Shown here one piece after another: positions 23,410-24,000 of a stretch of DNA of 24,000 nucleotides (positions are counted from its first letter, which is position 1; the number at the start of each line of letters is the position of its first letter). The stretch lies in contig CAVYIF010000015.1 in assembly GCA_963768585.1 (NCBI GenBank), forward strand, positions 86,683 to 110,682, given 5' to 3'. A program made the translations under genes and the position numbers. The stretch is from an uncultured Chloroflexia bacterium. Lineage in GTDB: Bacteria; Chloroflexota; Anaerolineae; Anaerolineales; Anaerolineaceae. The notes under the pieces were generated by a model, which did no database searches, was not told the origin of the DNA, and saw only the letters and a list, made by a program, of their open reading frames with translations.

Positions 23410-24000
23410 TTATTCTCGTTCGCGCAGCACCTGGTGGCAGGCATTGCAGGTGGCCTGGACATCCTGGTTGTTCATAAATCCAGTTTGGGCCGTGCCGCCC
23501 GTCGCGTGCCCGGAATGGCAGCTGGTGCACGTCCCGGCTGTGCCGGAAATGCCCTGCCAGCGCGCCAACAGTTCATGCCAGTGATTGCCGCCGCCTTCAC
23601 CCTCGCGACCGCCGCGAATCCCTGCACGGCGATTTGCGCTTTGGGCTGGTACCCGCGCGAGGTGATGTCCTGGTGGCACTTGAGACAGTTCGCATCGCTG
23701 ATTGGCGAGGTCAGCACAGCCGGTTGAACGGCGGTCCCCGTATACCAGGCCAGCGCGTTACGGGCGCCCAATAATTCGGCCTGAACCCGCCCGGTCACGC
23801 CGGGGCCGGAATGGCAGTCGATGCATTTTGTTTCCTGGGAAGTGTGATATGAGGCCAGGTCCACCGCCTGGGCGGCCTGAGAGCGCTCAAAAAAGGTCGA
23901 TTTAGGCTGCGTGTGGCAAGAGGCGCAGAAAGGGTCATGCGTCTCTTGAGTTGCAGCAAAGGCAAAACCACCGCCTGCCAGCAAAAGGCCTACTACCGCC
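23410..24000 (-). CDS. membrane-anchored multiheme c-type cytochrome (NapC/NirT/NrfH-like, 5 CXXCH); partial at the window edge and frameshifted
   Basis: An N-terminal TM segment (VVGLLLAGGGFAFAA) continues past 24000. CASCH, CIDCH and CLKCH are in one frame, and CTSCH and CNACH in another. The frames join at ~23611-23635. Stop is TAA at 23410-23412. Confidence 0.7.

Overview
High-GC bacterial chromosomal window (GC judged by eye at ~60-65%) with several lower-GC patches; the taxon cannot be determined from this window. No rRNA, tRNA or CRISPR array was seen.

Gene content, left to right:
- A decaying glycoside-hydrolase pair (GH42 beta-galactosidase and GH3 beta-glucosidase).
- A TauE/SafE permease and an alpha/beta hydrolase.
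- A three-gene module: SAM methyltransferase, HgcA-like corrinoid membrane protein, HgcB-like ferredoxin.
- A low-GC islet carrying an APH-family phosphotransferase.
- AlaX.
- A SipW-type signal peptidase locus with two tandem genes for small secreted proteins, preceded by three c-di-GMP-I (GEMM-I) riboswitch aptamers.
- A CoA-binding protein coupled to a GNAT acetyltransferase.
- Two MFS transporters.
- A deiodinase-like thioredoxin-fold gene with an in-frame TGA at the redox motif plus a downstream hairpin (probable selenoprotein).
- A RAYT (REP-associated Y1 transposase) followed by a REP-like hairpin array.
- A DUF885 protein, a small membrane protein, and a partial membrane-anchored pentaheme cytochrome c.

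Most interesting: (1) the non-canonical methyltransferase-HgcA-like-HgcB-like module, (2) the triple c-di-GMP riboswitch / SipW secreted-protein locus, (3) the Sec-TGA deiodinase-like gene.

Caveat: the window holds an unusual number of frameshifts and two in-frame stops. Some sit at homopolymers, so assembly error and genuine pseudogenisation cannot be separated from sequence alone.
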